From contig CAXFCR010000001.1 in NCBI GenBank assembly GCA_964001325.1, positions 398 through 64,397 of the forward strand: a stretch of 64,000 nt of DNA, given 5' to 3'. The notes beneath the pieces were generated by a model that worked only from the letters and a program-made list of their open reading frames with translations, searched no databases and was not told the origin of the DNA. How positions within the stretch are numbered: the first letter of the stretch is position 1; the number at the start of each line of letters is the position of its first letter. The translations under genes were made by a program, and so were the position numbers. This document shows, one piece after another, positions 45,503 through 54,969 of the stretch. Source of the DNA: an uncultured Gammaproteobacteria bacterium (GTDB lineage: Bacteria; Pseudomonadota; Gammaproteobacteria; Enterobacterales; UBA3532).

Positions 45503-46471
45503 TTAGGGTGCCGAATGAACAAATACGTCCGCATGTATACGTTGGAAACTGGCGCCATTTAAAAATAATTGCTTGCGTAGTTTCTCTATTATATCCGGCG
45601 CGCCACAAAGGTAAATATGTGACTGCTTCAATGGCAACGGCTGATCGAGCACAAGTTGATCCAGAGCAAGCGTTTGGACGCCATCGGGCTGATCATCGCT
45701 CGGTTTTAATACTGAGAAGTGCAATTGAAGTTGTGGGTGCTTAGAGGAAAGCGCTTTTAGTTCGTTAATATAATACAGCGTATCTGTGTTATAGGCACCG
45801 ATAAACGCATGCATCTCTCCTTGATGTTCATGGGCAATGGCATCTTGGATAATGCCGTAAAGTGGCGCTAATCCAGTTCCTGTGCCAATAAATACGAGGG
45901 GGCATTCGACATCATCAACGCCATAGCAGCACTCACCCATTGGCCCTTGAATGCGCAGAGTGTCACCAACGGTCAGCTTATGCGCCCAATCACTAAAAGC
46001 GCCGTCTGGAATATGTTTGATATGAAATTCGATTTCTTTGTCATCATTGGGAGGATTGGCAATAGAGTAGCTTCGACCAGTTTCGCCATCGCGCCACAGA
46101 GTCACATACTGGCCAGCAATAAAGTCCATATCAGCCCGAACCTTTAATCGATAGACTTGCTTGGCCAGCCAGGTAATGTCTGTGATGGTTGCTTCGCTGG
46201 TTATTTGTGACTGATCAGGCAGGACTACCGTCATATCTTCCGTTGGTAAACAGGAGCATGCTAGAAACATATTCTGGCGCTTTTGGGCTGGTTTCAATCC
46301 GTTTTGTGCTGCCTGTGGTGGGGTGCCTTCCTGACAAATCATCATGCATGAGTGGCACACACCCGAACGACAGCTGTGTGGTATCCGGTGTCCGGCATCG
46401 AGCAGGGTATCCAATAACGGAGCATCTGGAGTCGCGTCAATGGTTTCAGACTGATACGTTACAACTGGCAT
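45503..46471 (-). CDS. 2Fe-2S ferredoxin + FNR-like FAD/NAD(P)H oxidoreductase (322 aa)
   Basis: An N-terminal CRSGVCHSC...C plant-type Fd motif, the RSYSIAN flavin motif, GPMG, and the GTGTGLAPL NAD(P)-binding motif. Confidence 0.85.
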   Translation of the reverse strand: MPVVTYQSETIDATPDAPLLDTLLDAGHRIPHSCRSGVCHSCMMICQEGTPPQAAQNGLKPAQKRQNMFLACSCLPTEDMTVVLPDQSQITSEATITDITWLAKQVYRLKVRADMDFIAGQYVTLWRDGETGRSYSIANPPNDDKEIEFHIKHIPDGAFSDWAHKLTVGDTLRIQGPMGECCYGVDDVECPLVFIGTGTGLAPLYGIIQDAIAHEHQGEMHAFIGAYNTDTLYYINELKALSSKHPQLQLHFSVLKPSDDQPDGVQTLALDQLVLDQPLPLKQSHIYLCGAPDIIEKLRKQLFLNGASFQRIHADVFVHSAP

Positions 46472-46510
46472 GTGGTCTCCTAAACTTGAAGAGCTGAAGG
46501 TGGAGGTGGA

Positions 46511-46592
46511 AGCTATAGCCGAGTTGTGCTCGGCTATAGCTTTACTATCTTTGTCGTGAGAATGTACCGACTTTGTCGTGAGGATGTACCGA
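46511..46592. repeat. Perfect 13-bp-stem hairpin plus a 22-bp direct repeat x2 between glbN and the reductase gene
   Basis: agctatagccgag ttgtg ctcggctatagct (46511-46541); ctttgtcgtgagaatgtaccga / ctttgtcgtgaggatgtaccga (46549-46592). Confidence 0.85.
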
Positions 46593-46603
46593 TTCGCCAG
46601 AAC

Positions 46604-46960
46604 TTAGCGGTTTAGCACATCGTCGCGAACGCTATTGGCTATCCCGGCAATCTCTGCAATATCTGCCTCGGCAACGCCCAGTTCCTGCAAGGTGGCACCT
46701 AGGTTTTCAATAACGGCGTCGAGGTGGACATCGTTGAGTTTCATATGTTTATGGCCTTCACGCAAGTCTTTGCCACTGTATTTATTTGGCCCGCCGAAAA
46801 CCATTGTGAGGAAAGCCTTTTGCTTTTGGGCTTGCGCAGCCATGTCAACGCCATCAAAAAACTCGCTGATACGGTCGTCCGAAAGGATCTTGCGGTAGAA
46901 AATGTCAACGGCAGCGTCTACGGCTTTCTCGCCACCAATTCGTTCATAGAGTGTGCTCAT
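46604..46960 (-). CDS. glbN: Group I truncated (2-on-2) haemoglobin, GlbN/trHbN type
   Basis: STLYERIGGEKAVDAAVDIFYRKILSDDRISEFF...KQKAFLT..FGGP..Y.G closely parallels cyanobacterial GlbN. 118 aa. Confidence 0.92.
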   Translation of the reverse strand: MSTLYERIGGEKAVDAAVDIFYRKILSDDRISEFFDGVDMAAQAQKQKAFLTMVFGGPNKYSGKDLREGHKHMKLNDVHLDAVIENLGATLQELGVAEADIAEIAGIANSVRDDVLNR

Positions 46961-47051
46961 AATCGTCTCCTGGGTTGTCTAGTCCACTATTAAGTGGCAT
47001 AAATAGCTGAGTTGTTTGTTCGTGGTATGCGAATGCAAGGGTTATTCCATA

Positions 47052-47074
47052 TAGATGTATTTAGTATGCAACAA
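47052..47074. promoter_or_regulatory. Candidate NsrR operator upstream of glbN
   Basis: tAGATGtATTTaGTATGCAaCaa compared with the remembered consensus AAGATGCATTT-N-AAATGCATCTT gives about 15/22 matches. The centre is about 100 nt upstream of the glbN ATG. Confidence 0.3.
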
Positions 47075-47181
47075 ATAATATAGTCGTATTCATGGATGTT
47101 GGCAAGTGGGGGATAGGTTTGGTTTGCCCTGGTATGGTGCGGCTCGATTTATGTTGGTGCGGTTTTTAAGGTGAGGATATT

Positions 47182-47922
47182 ATGCAGTTGGAACAAGATT
47201 TCGTTGCGCTGGTGACAGGGTGCAGTAGGCGTTGTGGCGCACTGTTGGCTTCACAGCTAAAGCAAGCGGGGGCCGATGTCATTGGACACTTTCGAACCAT
47301 GACTGACGATGTGGAGAGGCTTGATGCAATGGGGTGCACCATGATTCAGGCTGATTTAACGAACCACGATCAACTGCTACACATGATTGACTACATCATG
47401 AAGCACTATTCACATCTGTCTTTGCTTATTCATAATGCGTCGAGTTTTGAAGTGGTTGACTCCGACTACCAGGCTTCGCTGAAGCAGTTGCAACACTTTA
47501 TTGATGTTCATGTTTCGGCCCCCTTCGCCATCAATGAAGCATTGAGTCCATTGTTGTTGAAGTGCCCTCAGCAGCACGCAAATTTGATCCACATTACTGA
47601 TATATATGTCGACAATCCCGCTCCAAAATATCGCTCCTATTGTGCGGCTAAGGCAGGGCTACATAGCCTGTATATGTCGTATGCTAAACTATTGGCCCCC
47701 AAAGTTAGGGTGAATGCTATCCAGCCTGGTCCGGTACAGTTTTTACCAAGTCATACCCAACAACAGCAGCAGGACATTCTGGGGCAAACATTACTCAACG
47801 TCGAAGGTGGATATGGTCCGATCTATGAAGCCGTTAAATTCCTGGTGCTGAACCCTTATGTGACTGGTGCCTCCATCAAGGTAGATGGTGGCAGGTCGTT
47901 GACCGAATGGAAGTCCGTTTAG
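47182..47922 (+). CDS. folM: SDR-family dihydromonapterin/pteridine reductase (FolM-like)
   Basis: VTGCSRRCG (E. coli FolM has ITGGGRRIG), IQADL, LIHNASS, Y..AKA, and a VDGGRSL C-terminus. It clusters with folE. Confidence 0.78.
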   Translation: MQLEQDFVALVTGCSRRCGALLASQLKQAGADVIGHFRTMTDDVERLDAMGCTMIQADLTNHDQLLHMIDYIMKHYSHLSLLIHNASSFEVVDSDYQASLKQLQHFIDVHVSAPFAINEALSPLLLKCPQQHANLIHITDIYVDNPAPKYRSYCAAKAGLHSLYMSYAKLLAPKVRVNAIQPGPVQFLPSHTQQQQQDILGQTLLNVEGGYGPIYEAVKFLVLNPYVTGASIKVDGGRSLTEWKSV

Positions 47923-48336
47923 ATTGAGAACAATATCGGTGTTGTAATCGGCTTGCTCGCCTTGTAGAGCTTGATTACACGCTTTCAGGTAAGGCTCGTT
48001 TGAGCGGAAGCTTCTGGCCTTTTCTGGTGAGCCGTTGAATAAAATATCAAGGTCTAGCACCCTGTCTTTTACTTTGCTGAGAGGATCGTTACGATTGCGC
48101 CCAAGATATGTTTCGACCTGGCAGAGCTGCTTTTTAGTTTCAGTGGCGGCCTGAGACGTATGAAACGCCACTATACCGTTAATGAATCGTTTGTCGGAAG
48201 ATAGCAGCCCGACTGGCACAGTGTAAATTAGCTGACTAACCCATAGTCGCTCATACAAATGCGCCAGCCGTTCCATGGCTAGAGGAATATGCGTTTCCGG
48301 ACTTATGTTACTGCCAAGAGCACAAATGTAAAACAC
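47791..48336 (-). CDS. Divergent HPPK (FolK)-like protein, 181 aa, whose tail overlaps the folM 3' end by 132 nt
   Basis: The N-terminal 100 aa align to FolK (ALGSN..., GR.R.....R.LDLDIL), but the C-terminal PHY...R region is not recognisable. A canonical folK exists at 54466-54969. Confidence 0.55.
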   Translation of the reverse strand: MFYICALGSNISPETHIPLAMERLAHLYERLWVSQLIYTVPVGLLSSDKRFINGIVAFHTSQAATETKKQLCQVETYLGRNRNDPLSKVKDRVLDLDILFNGSPEKARSFRSNEPYLKACNQALQGEQADYNTDIVLNLNGLPFGQRPATIYLDGGTSHIRVQHQEFNGFIDRTISTFDVE

Positions 48337-48339
48337 GGA

Positions 48340-48957
48340 TCAGCCAAAGATCGGCTTGTTATGCGGGCCAATCTGTTGCAGAAACTCCTGGCGGGCCGCT
48401 TCTGAGCTTTTAAACTCACCGACCAAGGCGCTGGTTGTTGTCTCTGAGGAATGTTTCTCGACACCACGCATCATCATGCACATATGAATAGCTGTCATTT
48501 GTACGGCGACGCCGCGGGGTTTGAGAATGTCGTTAATGGCATCAGCAATTTGCTTCGACAGGTTCTCTTGAATTTGCAGGCGCCGAGCATACATATCAAC
48601 AATTCGAGCCAGCTTGGATAAACCTAACACCTTGCCATTCGGGTAGTATGCGACATGGCAGTACCCTAGAAACGGTAGCATGTGGTGTTCACATTGTGAG
48701 AAAAACTCGATATTTTTTACCAAGACCATATTGTCGTTGTCGCTGCTAAACACCGCTCCGTTAATCACATCATCCAGTGATTGCTCATAGCCACCGGTTA
48801 AATAGCGAATGGCTTTAGCGGCGCGTTTGGGAGTATCGACCAACCCTTCGCGCTTGGTATCTTCGCCGATGTCGGTCAATATGTTGGTATAGGCTTGTTC
48901 TAATCCGTGGTTGTGATCACTAATAACGGTGATTTTGTCTGCTGAGGGTTTGCTCAT
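48340..48957 (-). CDS. folE: GTP cyclohydrolase I (FolE type I)
   Basis: The [12 protein letters not shown] and ARRLQIQE motifs, 205 aa. Confidence 0.95.
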   Translation of the reverse strand: MSKPSADKITVISDHNHGLEQAYTNILTDIGEDTKREGLVDTPKRAAKAIRYLTGGYEQSLDDVINGAVFSSDNDNMVLVKNIEFFSQCEHHMLPFLGYCHVAYYPNGKVLGLSKLARIVDMYARRLQIQENLSKQIADAINDILKPRGVAVQMTAIHMCMMMRGVEKHSSETTTSALVGEFKSSEAARQEFLQQIGPHNKPIFG

Positions 48958-49094
48958 ATTCTGTTCGTGTCATTTTCAAAGTAATGGCGCAGTGTAAACC
49001 AAGCCCGCACCTTTGAAAACTTATTCGCAGTGTTTGGGGCAGGAAGCAGCTTATGGTAAGGTCGCTGAATACCTTTAAACGAAAGGAATGACGA

Positions 49095-49955
49095 ATGAAA
49101 AAAGTATGTTTTGGCTTGGTTGCCATGTTGGTCTTGGCGATGACCCAAGGTGTTTATGCTGCCAATTCATTGTGGAAAGTGAGCGATGGCAATAAGTACC
49201 TGTATATTATGGGGTCTGTTCACTTATTGAAGCCATCAGATTATCCGCTGGCTGAAGAGATTGAGCAGGCGTTCCTGGATAGTGATGTGCTGGTTATGGA
49301 AGTAGCCAACCCTGATGATCCGGCGCAGGCAATGAAGATGATGCAAAAAGGCACCTTGCCACAAGGAAAAACATTGAAATCGGTCTTGAGTAGCGAGGCC
49401 TATGGTCAAGCGGAGGCCATGGCAAAAAAGATCGGCATGCCTTTGGCTCCCTTTGAGTCTTATAAACCTTGGTTATTTAGCATGATGACATCGGTGACCT
49501 TGATGATGAAAAGTGGCTATTCACCAGAAATGGGCGTTGATCTTTATTTCTATCGCAAAGCGAAGCAGCGCCAAATAGGTATTAAAGGGCTGGAAACGTT
49601 GGATCAGCAGTTTGCTATGCTTGATAATGTTGGGAGTCGCTATCCTAATGAGTTTATTATGCAAACCGCATCGGAATTAGACAGTATTTTGCCTATGGTC
49701 GATCAAATGGTTGAGGCGTGGAAAAAAGGTCAGCCCGAAGCTATTGATGAGCTGATGAACCAAAGCATGCATGATTACCCTGAACTGGAAAAGACGCTGC
49801 TAGCCGACCGTAACGTCCGCTGGATTCCAAAAATTATGGAGTTTTTATCCAGCTCTAGCGTCCACTTTGTCGTGTTTGGGGCAGGCCATTTAGCTGGCGA
49901 AAAGGGGGTTCTGGCCCTGTTGAAAAAGCAAAATGTTCAGATAAAACAGCTTTGA
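49095..49955 (+). CDS. TraB/GumN-family periplasmic protein
   Basis: Signal peptide, LWKVSDG..YLYIMGSVHLL N-terminal signature and a GAGHLAG C-terminal motif. Confidence 0.78.
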   Translation: MKKVCFGLVAMLVLAMTQGVYAANSLWKVSDGNKYLYIMGSVHLLKPSDYPLAEEIEQAFLDSDVLVMEVANPDDPAQAMKMMQKGTLPQGKTLKSVLSSEAYGQAEAMAKKIGMPLAPFESYKPWLFSMMTSVTLMMKSGYSPEMGVDLYFYRKAKQRQIGIKGLETLDQQFAMLDNVGSRYPNEFIMQTASELDSILPMVDQMVEAWKKGQPEAIDELMNQSMHDYPELEKTLLADRNVRWIPKIMEFLSSSSVHFVVFGAGHLAGEKGVLALLKKQNVQIKQL

Positions 49956-50118
49956 TTTTTTGAGCGCTATAGCAAGCCAGTATTTTGTATTCATATTTGC
50001 ACAGCTAAACTCAAAAAAAGCTGGAGGCTGGGGCGAAAACTGGTAGAATACTGAACTAATTTTTGGCGGCTGAATTAGTGATCGGTCGCCATTCATCAAC
50101 TATAGTAGGAGTACGACT

Positions 50119-50388
50119 ATGTCACTAAATGCAGAAGACAAGGCTAAAATCGTTGCAGACCTAGCGCGTGGCGAAGGCGATACAGGTTCACCTGAAGTTC
50201 AGGTTGGATTGTTAACCGCACGTATTAACGACTTGCAAGACCATTTTAAAGCGAATAAGAAAGACAACCACTCTCGTCGTGGTTTGCTACGAATGGTTAG
50301 TCAACGTCGTAAGTTGCTAGACTATCTGAAGCGAAAAGATGTCGAACGATATAACAGCTTAATCGCTAAACTCGGTATTCGCCGATAA
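50119..50388 (+). CDS. rpsO: 30S ribosomal protein S15
   Basis: 89 aa with TGSPEVQV and HSRRGLL..V..RRKLL.YL. Confidence 0.97.
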   Translation: MSLNAEDKAKIVADLARGEGDTGSPEVQVGLLTARINDLQDHFKANKKDNHSRRGLLRMVSQRRKLLDYLKRKDVERYNSLIAKLGIRR

Positions 50389-50405
50389 GTTTAGAGAGTT
50401 GTTCC

Positions 50406-50439
50406 AAGGCCTTGCAATTGCAAGGCCTTTTCGCTTTTG
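50406..50439 (+). terminator. rpsO terminator/attenuator hairpin ahead of the pnp leader
   Basis: A perfect 24-nt palindrome aaggccttgcaattgcaaggcctt followed by a T-rich tract. Confidence 0.7.
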
Positions 50440-50504
50440 GGCGATAGAAAGTTGTACGTACGTAAATGAAAAGAAAGTAGAAAGTAATCAATAAGGAATC
50501 GCGA

Positions 50505-52610
50505 GTGAATCCAATTAGAAAAGAATTTCAGTATGGCAATCATACTGTGACATTAGAGACCGGCGTTGTTGCTCGTCAAGCTACAGCGGCCGTGTTAGTA
50601 AGTTTTGACGATACGACAGTTTTAGTAACTGTTGTTGCGCAGAAAGAAGCAGACCCTGCCAAGAGCTTTTTTCCGTTAACGGTAAATTACCAAGAACGCG
50701 CCTATGCGGCAGGCAAAATTCCAGGCGGCTTTTTTAAACGTGAAGGCCGACCATCTGAAAAAGAAACATTGACAGCTCGACTCATCGACCGCCCCATTCG
50801 TCCGCTATTCCCTGACGGATTCATGAATGAAGTGCAAGTTATTGCGACGGTTCTTTCCAGCAATCAAGATCAAGATCCGGACCTGGCTTCGATGATAGGG
50901 GTTTCCGCTGCACTTGAAATTTCTGGCGTTCCTTTTAACGGGCCGCTTGGTGCAGCTCGCGTTGGCTATAAAGATGGATCGTATATCCTGAATCCTGGAT
51001 ATTCTGCAATCGCGGATTCTGATCTGGATCTGGTGGTTGCCGGAACCGAAAATGCTGTATTGATGGTTGAATCTGAAGCTAAATCGCTTCCTGAAGATGT
51101 CATGCTTGGTGCCGTGGTCTATGGCCATGAGCAGCTTCAGGTAGCAATCAATGCAATTAAAGAGTTTGCTGCAGAAGTTAATACTCCCAAGTGGGAGTGG
51201 ACTCCTGCTGAAGATAATGCTGACCTTAAGGCAAAGGTCGCTGAAATTGCTCAGGGAGCAGTGAAAGAAGCCTTTACTATTGCGGACAAGCTTGTTCGTA
51301 AAGATCGCTTGAACGAAATTAAAGAGCAGGTTGTTAGCAGCCTTGTTAACGAAGATGATGAAAATGGACCAGAGAAAGGCGAAGTCTGTGATCTTCTAGG
51401 TAAGATTGAGAAATCGACCGTTCGTGAAGCTATTTTGAATGGTGAGCCACGCATCGATGGTCGTGACAATGACATGATCCGAGCGATCTACGTTAAGACC
51501 AATGTGCTGCCTAAAACACACGGTTCGGCACTGTTTACTCGGGGTGAGACGCAGGCATTAGTCGTTACCACGTTGGGTACGGATAAAGATACTCAGATTA
51601 TTGATGCGCTTGAAGGTGAGAGTCGCTCCAACTTCATGTTGCACTACAACTTCCCTCCATATTCTGTTGGTGAAACCGGCATGGTCGGCAGCCCTAAGCG
51701 TCGCGAAATCGGTCATGGTCGTTTGGCTAAACGTGGTGTGCAGGCGGTTATGCCAAAAGGTGATGAGTTCCCATACACCGTTCGTGTTGTTTCTGAAATA
51801 ACCGAGTCAAATGGCTCCAGCTCTATGGCCAGTGTTTGTGGGGCAAGCCTTGCAATGATGGATGCTGGTGTACCTTTAAAAGCGCCTGTTGCTGGTATTG
51901 CAATGGGATTGATTAAAGAGGGTGATCGTTACGCGGTGCTTTCTGACATCATGGGTGACGAGGATCACTTGGGTGATATGGACTTTAAAGTCGCTGGTAC
52001 CTCAACTGGTATTACTGCTTTGCAAATGGATATCAAGATCGACGGTATCACCAAAGAAATTATGGAAGTGGCTTTGCGTCAGGCACAAGCTGGTCGCTTA
52101 CATATCCTAGAAGTGATGAATCAGGCGATCAATGTAGCCCGTGATGATGTTTCTGAATTTGCACCACGCATTATTTCTTTCAAAATAAATCCAGAGAAAA
52201 TCCGTGATGTTATTGGTAAAGGTGGCGCGACAATTCGCCAGCTAACCGAAGAGACTGGTACAACGATTGATTTGGCTGATGATGGTGAAGTTAAGATCTT
52301 CGCTGTCGACTTGGCTCAAGGCGAGAACGCTCGTAAGAAAATCGAAGCTATTACTGCTGAAATCGAGCCTGGTACTGTTTATTTCGGTAAAGTCAGCAAG
52401 ATCATGGATTTTGGTGCATTTGTAAATGTTCTTCCAGGCAAGGATGGTTTAGTTCATATTTCACAAATCAGTGACGAACGAGTTGAGAAAGTAACTGATG
52501 TTCTTCAAGAAGGACAAGAAGTATGGGTTAAATGCCTGGAGTTAGACCGTCAAGGACGTGTGAAGCTTTCCATGAAAGCAGTGACAGAAGAAGAAAAAGT
52601 TCGCGACTAG
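50505..52610 (+). CDS. pnp: Polynucleotide phosphorylase (GTG start)
   Basis: [19 protein letters not shown], two RNase PH domains, and KH and S1 domains. 701 aa. Confidence 0.97.
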   Translation: MNPIRKEFQYGNHTVTLETGVVARQATAAVLVSFDDTTVLVTVVAQKEADPAKSFFPLTVNYQERAYAAGKIPGGFFKREGRPSEKETLTARLIDRPIRPLFPDGFMNEVQVIATVLSSNQDQDPDLASMIGVSAALEISGVPFNGPLGAARVGYKDGSYILNPGYSAIADSDLDLVVAGTENAVLMVESEAKSLPEDVMLGAVVYGHEQLQVAINAIKEFAAEVNTPKWEWTPAEDNADLKAKVAEIAQGAVKEAFTIADKLVRKDRLNEIKEQVVSSLVNEDDENGPEKGEVCDLLGKIEKSTVREAILNGEPRIDGRDNDMIRAIYVKTNVLPKTHGSALFTRGETQALVVTTLGTDKDTQIIDALEGESRSNFMLHYNFPPYSVGETGMVGSPKRREIGHGRLAKRGVQAVMPKGDEFPYTVRVVSEITESNGSSSMASVCGASLAMMDAGVPLKAPVAGIAMGLIKEGDRYAVLSDIMGDEDHLGDMDFKVAGTSTGITALQMDIKIDGITKEIMEVALRQAQAGRLHILEVMNQAINVARDDVSEFAPRIISFKINPEKIRDVIGKGGATIRQLTEETGTTIDLADDGEVKIFAVDLAQGENARKKIEAITAEIEPGTVYFGKVSKIMDFGAFVNVLPGKDGLVHISQISDERVEKVTDVLQEGQEVWVKCLELDRQGRVKLSMKAVTEEEKVRD

Positions 52611-52633
52611 CGGCTTATTCTTTTAGGCGTCAG

Positions 52634-52664
52634 GAAGCAGGGTTTATGACCCTGCTTTTTTTTT
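52634..52664 (+). terminator. Intrinsic terminator after pnp
   Basis: Stem gaagcaggg / ccctgcttt followed by a T-run. Confidence 0.8.
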
Positions 52665-52672
52665 GCTTATCG

Positions 52673-52789
52673 CTCATCAGGTAGCGGCTAGTTTACTTTC
52701 AGAAAACGCCGTGAATACATCCATGTAGGCTCGGGCGCGGGTCCATCCGCGCAACGTTTCTGATAGCAAACTAGCCGCTACCTGATGAG
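52673..52789. repeat. 117-bp palindromic intergenic element (about 35-bp imperfect arms and a 46-nt structured core)
   Basis: Arm 1 is ctcatcaggtagcggctagtttactttcagaaaacg and arm 2 is cgtttctgatagcaaactagccgctacctgatgag. The first 22 bp pair perfectly. Confidence 0.75.
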
Positions 52790-52797
52790 CAAAAAAC

Positions 52798-53649
52798 TTA
52801 TGTTCGATGAACCTGTATATTATCAATCAGACGGGTTTTACCCAGGAATGCTGCAGCACAAATTACTAGGTTGTGGCTTTCTGCAGATGCTGGTTCTAGG
52901 GTGTGTGCATCACAAATTTCAAAGTAGTCGGTACGAAACCCTGCCTGATTAAGCTTATCGATATAGCCTTTCTCTAGGGCCTTATGATCAACGCCTGTGT
53001 GTTTAAGCTCTCGGGCGCAGTCTTGAAGGCAGCGATAGAGTTGAGCCGCCTGCTCTTTTTGATCCTGGGTAAGGTAGCCATTACGAGAGCTCTTGGCTAA
53101 GCCTGAGGGTTCACGCACTGTGGGGACGCCAACAATGGTGATAGGTAATGCCAAGTCATGGGTGAGCTTACGAATCACCTGTAACTGCTGAAAATCTTTT
53201 TCACCAAATATAGCGAAATCAGGCTGTACCATATTAAATAGCTTGGTGACAACGGTGGCGACGCCGTCAAAGTGTCCGGGGCGGCTGCCGCCGCAGAGGC
53301 ATTCTGTCAGGCCGGGTACAATAACCTGAGTATGGTTCTTTTGGTTGTCACCATACATGTCTGCGACCGTTGGCGTAAACACAAAATCCACGCCTTCGGC
53401 TTGCAAAGCCTGGCAGTCTGCCTCCAATGTTCGTGGGTAGTTGTCTAAGTCTTCATTTGCACCAAATTGCAGTGGATTCACAAAAATGCTGACAACAACA
53501 AGTTCTCCCAGCTGTTTGGCGCGTTTAACCAGCTCAAGGTGACCTGAGTGCAGATTCCCCATCGTAGGAACAAAGCACAAAGACTGCTCATCTTGACGGG
53601 CTTGTTTTAGTGTATCGCGTAACACGTCGATTTTCGAAATAATTTCCAT
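52798..53649 (-). CDS. panC: Pantoate-beta-alanine ligase
   Basis: PTMGNLHSGHL motif, 283 aa. Confidence 0.95.
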   Translation of the reverse strand: MEIISKIDVLRDTLKQARQDEQSLCFVPTMGNLHSGHLELVKRAKQLGELVVVSIFVNPLQFGANEDLDNYPRTLEADCQALQAEGVDFVFTPTVADMYGDNQKNHTQVIVPGLTECLCGGSRPGHFDGVATVVTKLFNMVQPDFAIFGEKDFQQLQVIRKLTHDLALPITIVGVPTVREPSGLAKSSRNGYLTQDQKEQAAQLYRCLQDCARELKHTGVDHKALEKGYIDKLNQAGFRTDYFEICDAHTLEPASAESHNLVICAAAFLGKTRLIDNIQVHRT

Positions 53650-53672
53650 AACAGGCTTCCTGTCTACAAGGA

Positions 53673-54503
53673 TCAGTGAAAGCTGTGGGCCGCACCAGGA
53701 AAGGTTCCTGCTTTGACTTCACTTACATAGCGTCCAAAGGCATCGCTAATGTCGCTGGCCTCGGTCATAAAGTTCTTAACAAACTTGGGTGGCTTACCTA
53801 GATTTAAGCCCAACATATCGTGCATGACCAGAACCTGACCGTCGGTAACATTGCCTGCACCGATGCCAATAACAGGGATCTGCAGCTCGTTGGTCACTTC
53901 TTGGGCTAATGGGGTTGGGACACATTCAAGTACCAGCAGTTGACACCCTGCTGCTTCCAGCGCCATTGCATCTTGGATTAGCTTTTCTGCGGCTGCAGCT
54001 TCTTTTCCTTGAACCTTATATCCGCCCATCGCGTTGACCGACTGTGGGGTAAGACCCAAATGCCCACAGACTGGCGTTCCCAGCTCAACCAGCGCCTGGA
54101 TTAAGTTACTGTGCCGCTGTCCGCCTTCAAGCTTAATCATATGCGCACCAGCCTGCATCAGCTTTTGAGCATTTGCCAAGCCTTGCTCATAGGTGGCATA
54201 GCTCATAAAAGGCAGATCGGCGACGATGAAAGCGCGTTGGGTACCGCGCTTAACGGCTGCTACGTGATAAGCCATGTCGTCGATGCTGACAGGAAGTGTG
54301 CTGTCATGCCCTTGTAATACCATGCCCAAGGAGTCGCCAACGAGAATCATCTCAACTCCATTGGCTTCCATGGTGGCGGCAAATGTTGCGTCATAGGCCG
54401 TTAGCGTAGCAATCTTTTCGCCATTGTCTTTCATCTGCTGCAATGCTTTGATAGTCACTTTGCTGTTAGCCACGTTCAATTTTCTCCAGGTCGTTGGTGT
54501 CAA
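53673..54503 (-). CDS. panB: 3-methyl-2-oxobutanoate hydroxymethyltransferase
   Basis: The [12 protein letters not shown] and KLEGG motifs. The start could be GTG 54473, which avoids the overlap with folK. Confidence 0.93.
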   Translation of the reverse strand: MTPTTWRKLNVANSKVTIKALQQMKDNGEKIATLTAYDATFAATMEANGVEMILVGDSLGMVLQGHDSTLPVSIDDMAYHVAAVKRGTQRAFIVADLPFMSYATYEQGLANAQKLMQAGAHMIKLEGGQRHSNLIQALVELGTPVCGHLGLTPQSVNAMGGYKVQGKEAAAAEKLIQDAMALEAAGCQLLVLECVPTPLAQEVTNELQIPVIGIGAGNVTDGQVLVMHDMLGLNLGKPPKFVKNFMTEASDISDAFGRYVSEVKAGTFPGAAHSFH

Positions 54504-54969
54504 ATGGTCGCGCCAGTTCTGTTAGCGCTATCGATACATGTGTATCGTTGCTAAAACGTATACTTAAATTAGGGGCAATTTCCAAAAGTGGTAAGATAAC
54601 AAAGTTTCGCTCGCGCATGCCATAATGAGGAACGACTAGGTCGGGATGTTGAATTACCTGGTCAGCAAAAAGCAAAATGTCGAGGTCGAGGGTTCTTGGC
54701 CCCCAGCGCTCTTCCTTTCTCTCACGTCCACATTGCAGCTCAATGGCCTGAAGTTGGCCCAATAGTGAGAGGGGATCAAGCAGGGTGTCGACTGAACATA
54801 CGGCGTTGACATAGTCGGGTTGATCTTGTGGACCCATCGGTTTATTGCGATAAAAACTGGAAGTCTCTAGAAGCGTGGTTTGAGGCAGCTGTGCAACAAG
54901 CTGGAGTGCTTGCTCCAGTTGGCTTACTGGATGTGCCAGGTTGCTGCCGAGCCCAATGTAGCTAATCAT
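54466..54969 (-). CDS. folK: 2-amino-4-hydroxy-6-hydroxymethyldihydropteridine diphosphokinase
   Basis: The [20 protein letters not shown] and [13 protein letters not shown] motifs. Confidence 0.93.
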   Translation of the reverse strand: MISYIGLGSNLAHPVSQLEQALQLVAQLPQTTLLETSSFYRNKPMGPQDQPDYVNAVCSVDTLLDPLSLLGQLQAIELQCGRERKEERWGPRTLDLDILLFADQVIQHPDLVVPHYGMRERNFVILPLLEIAPNLSIRFSNDTHVSIALTELARPFDTNDLEKIERG

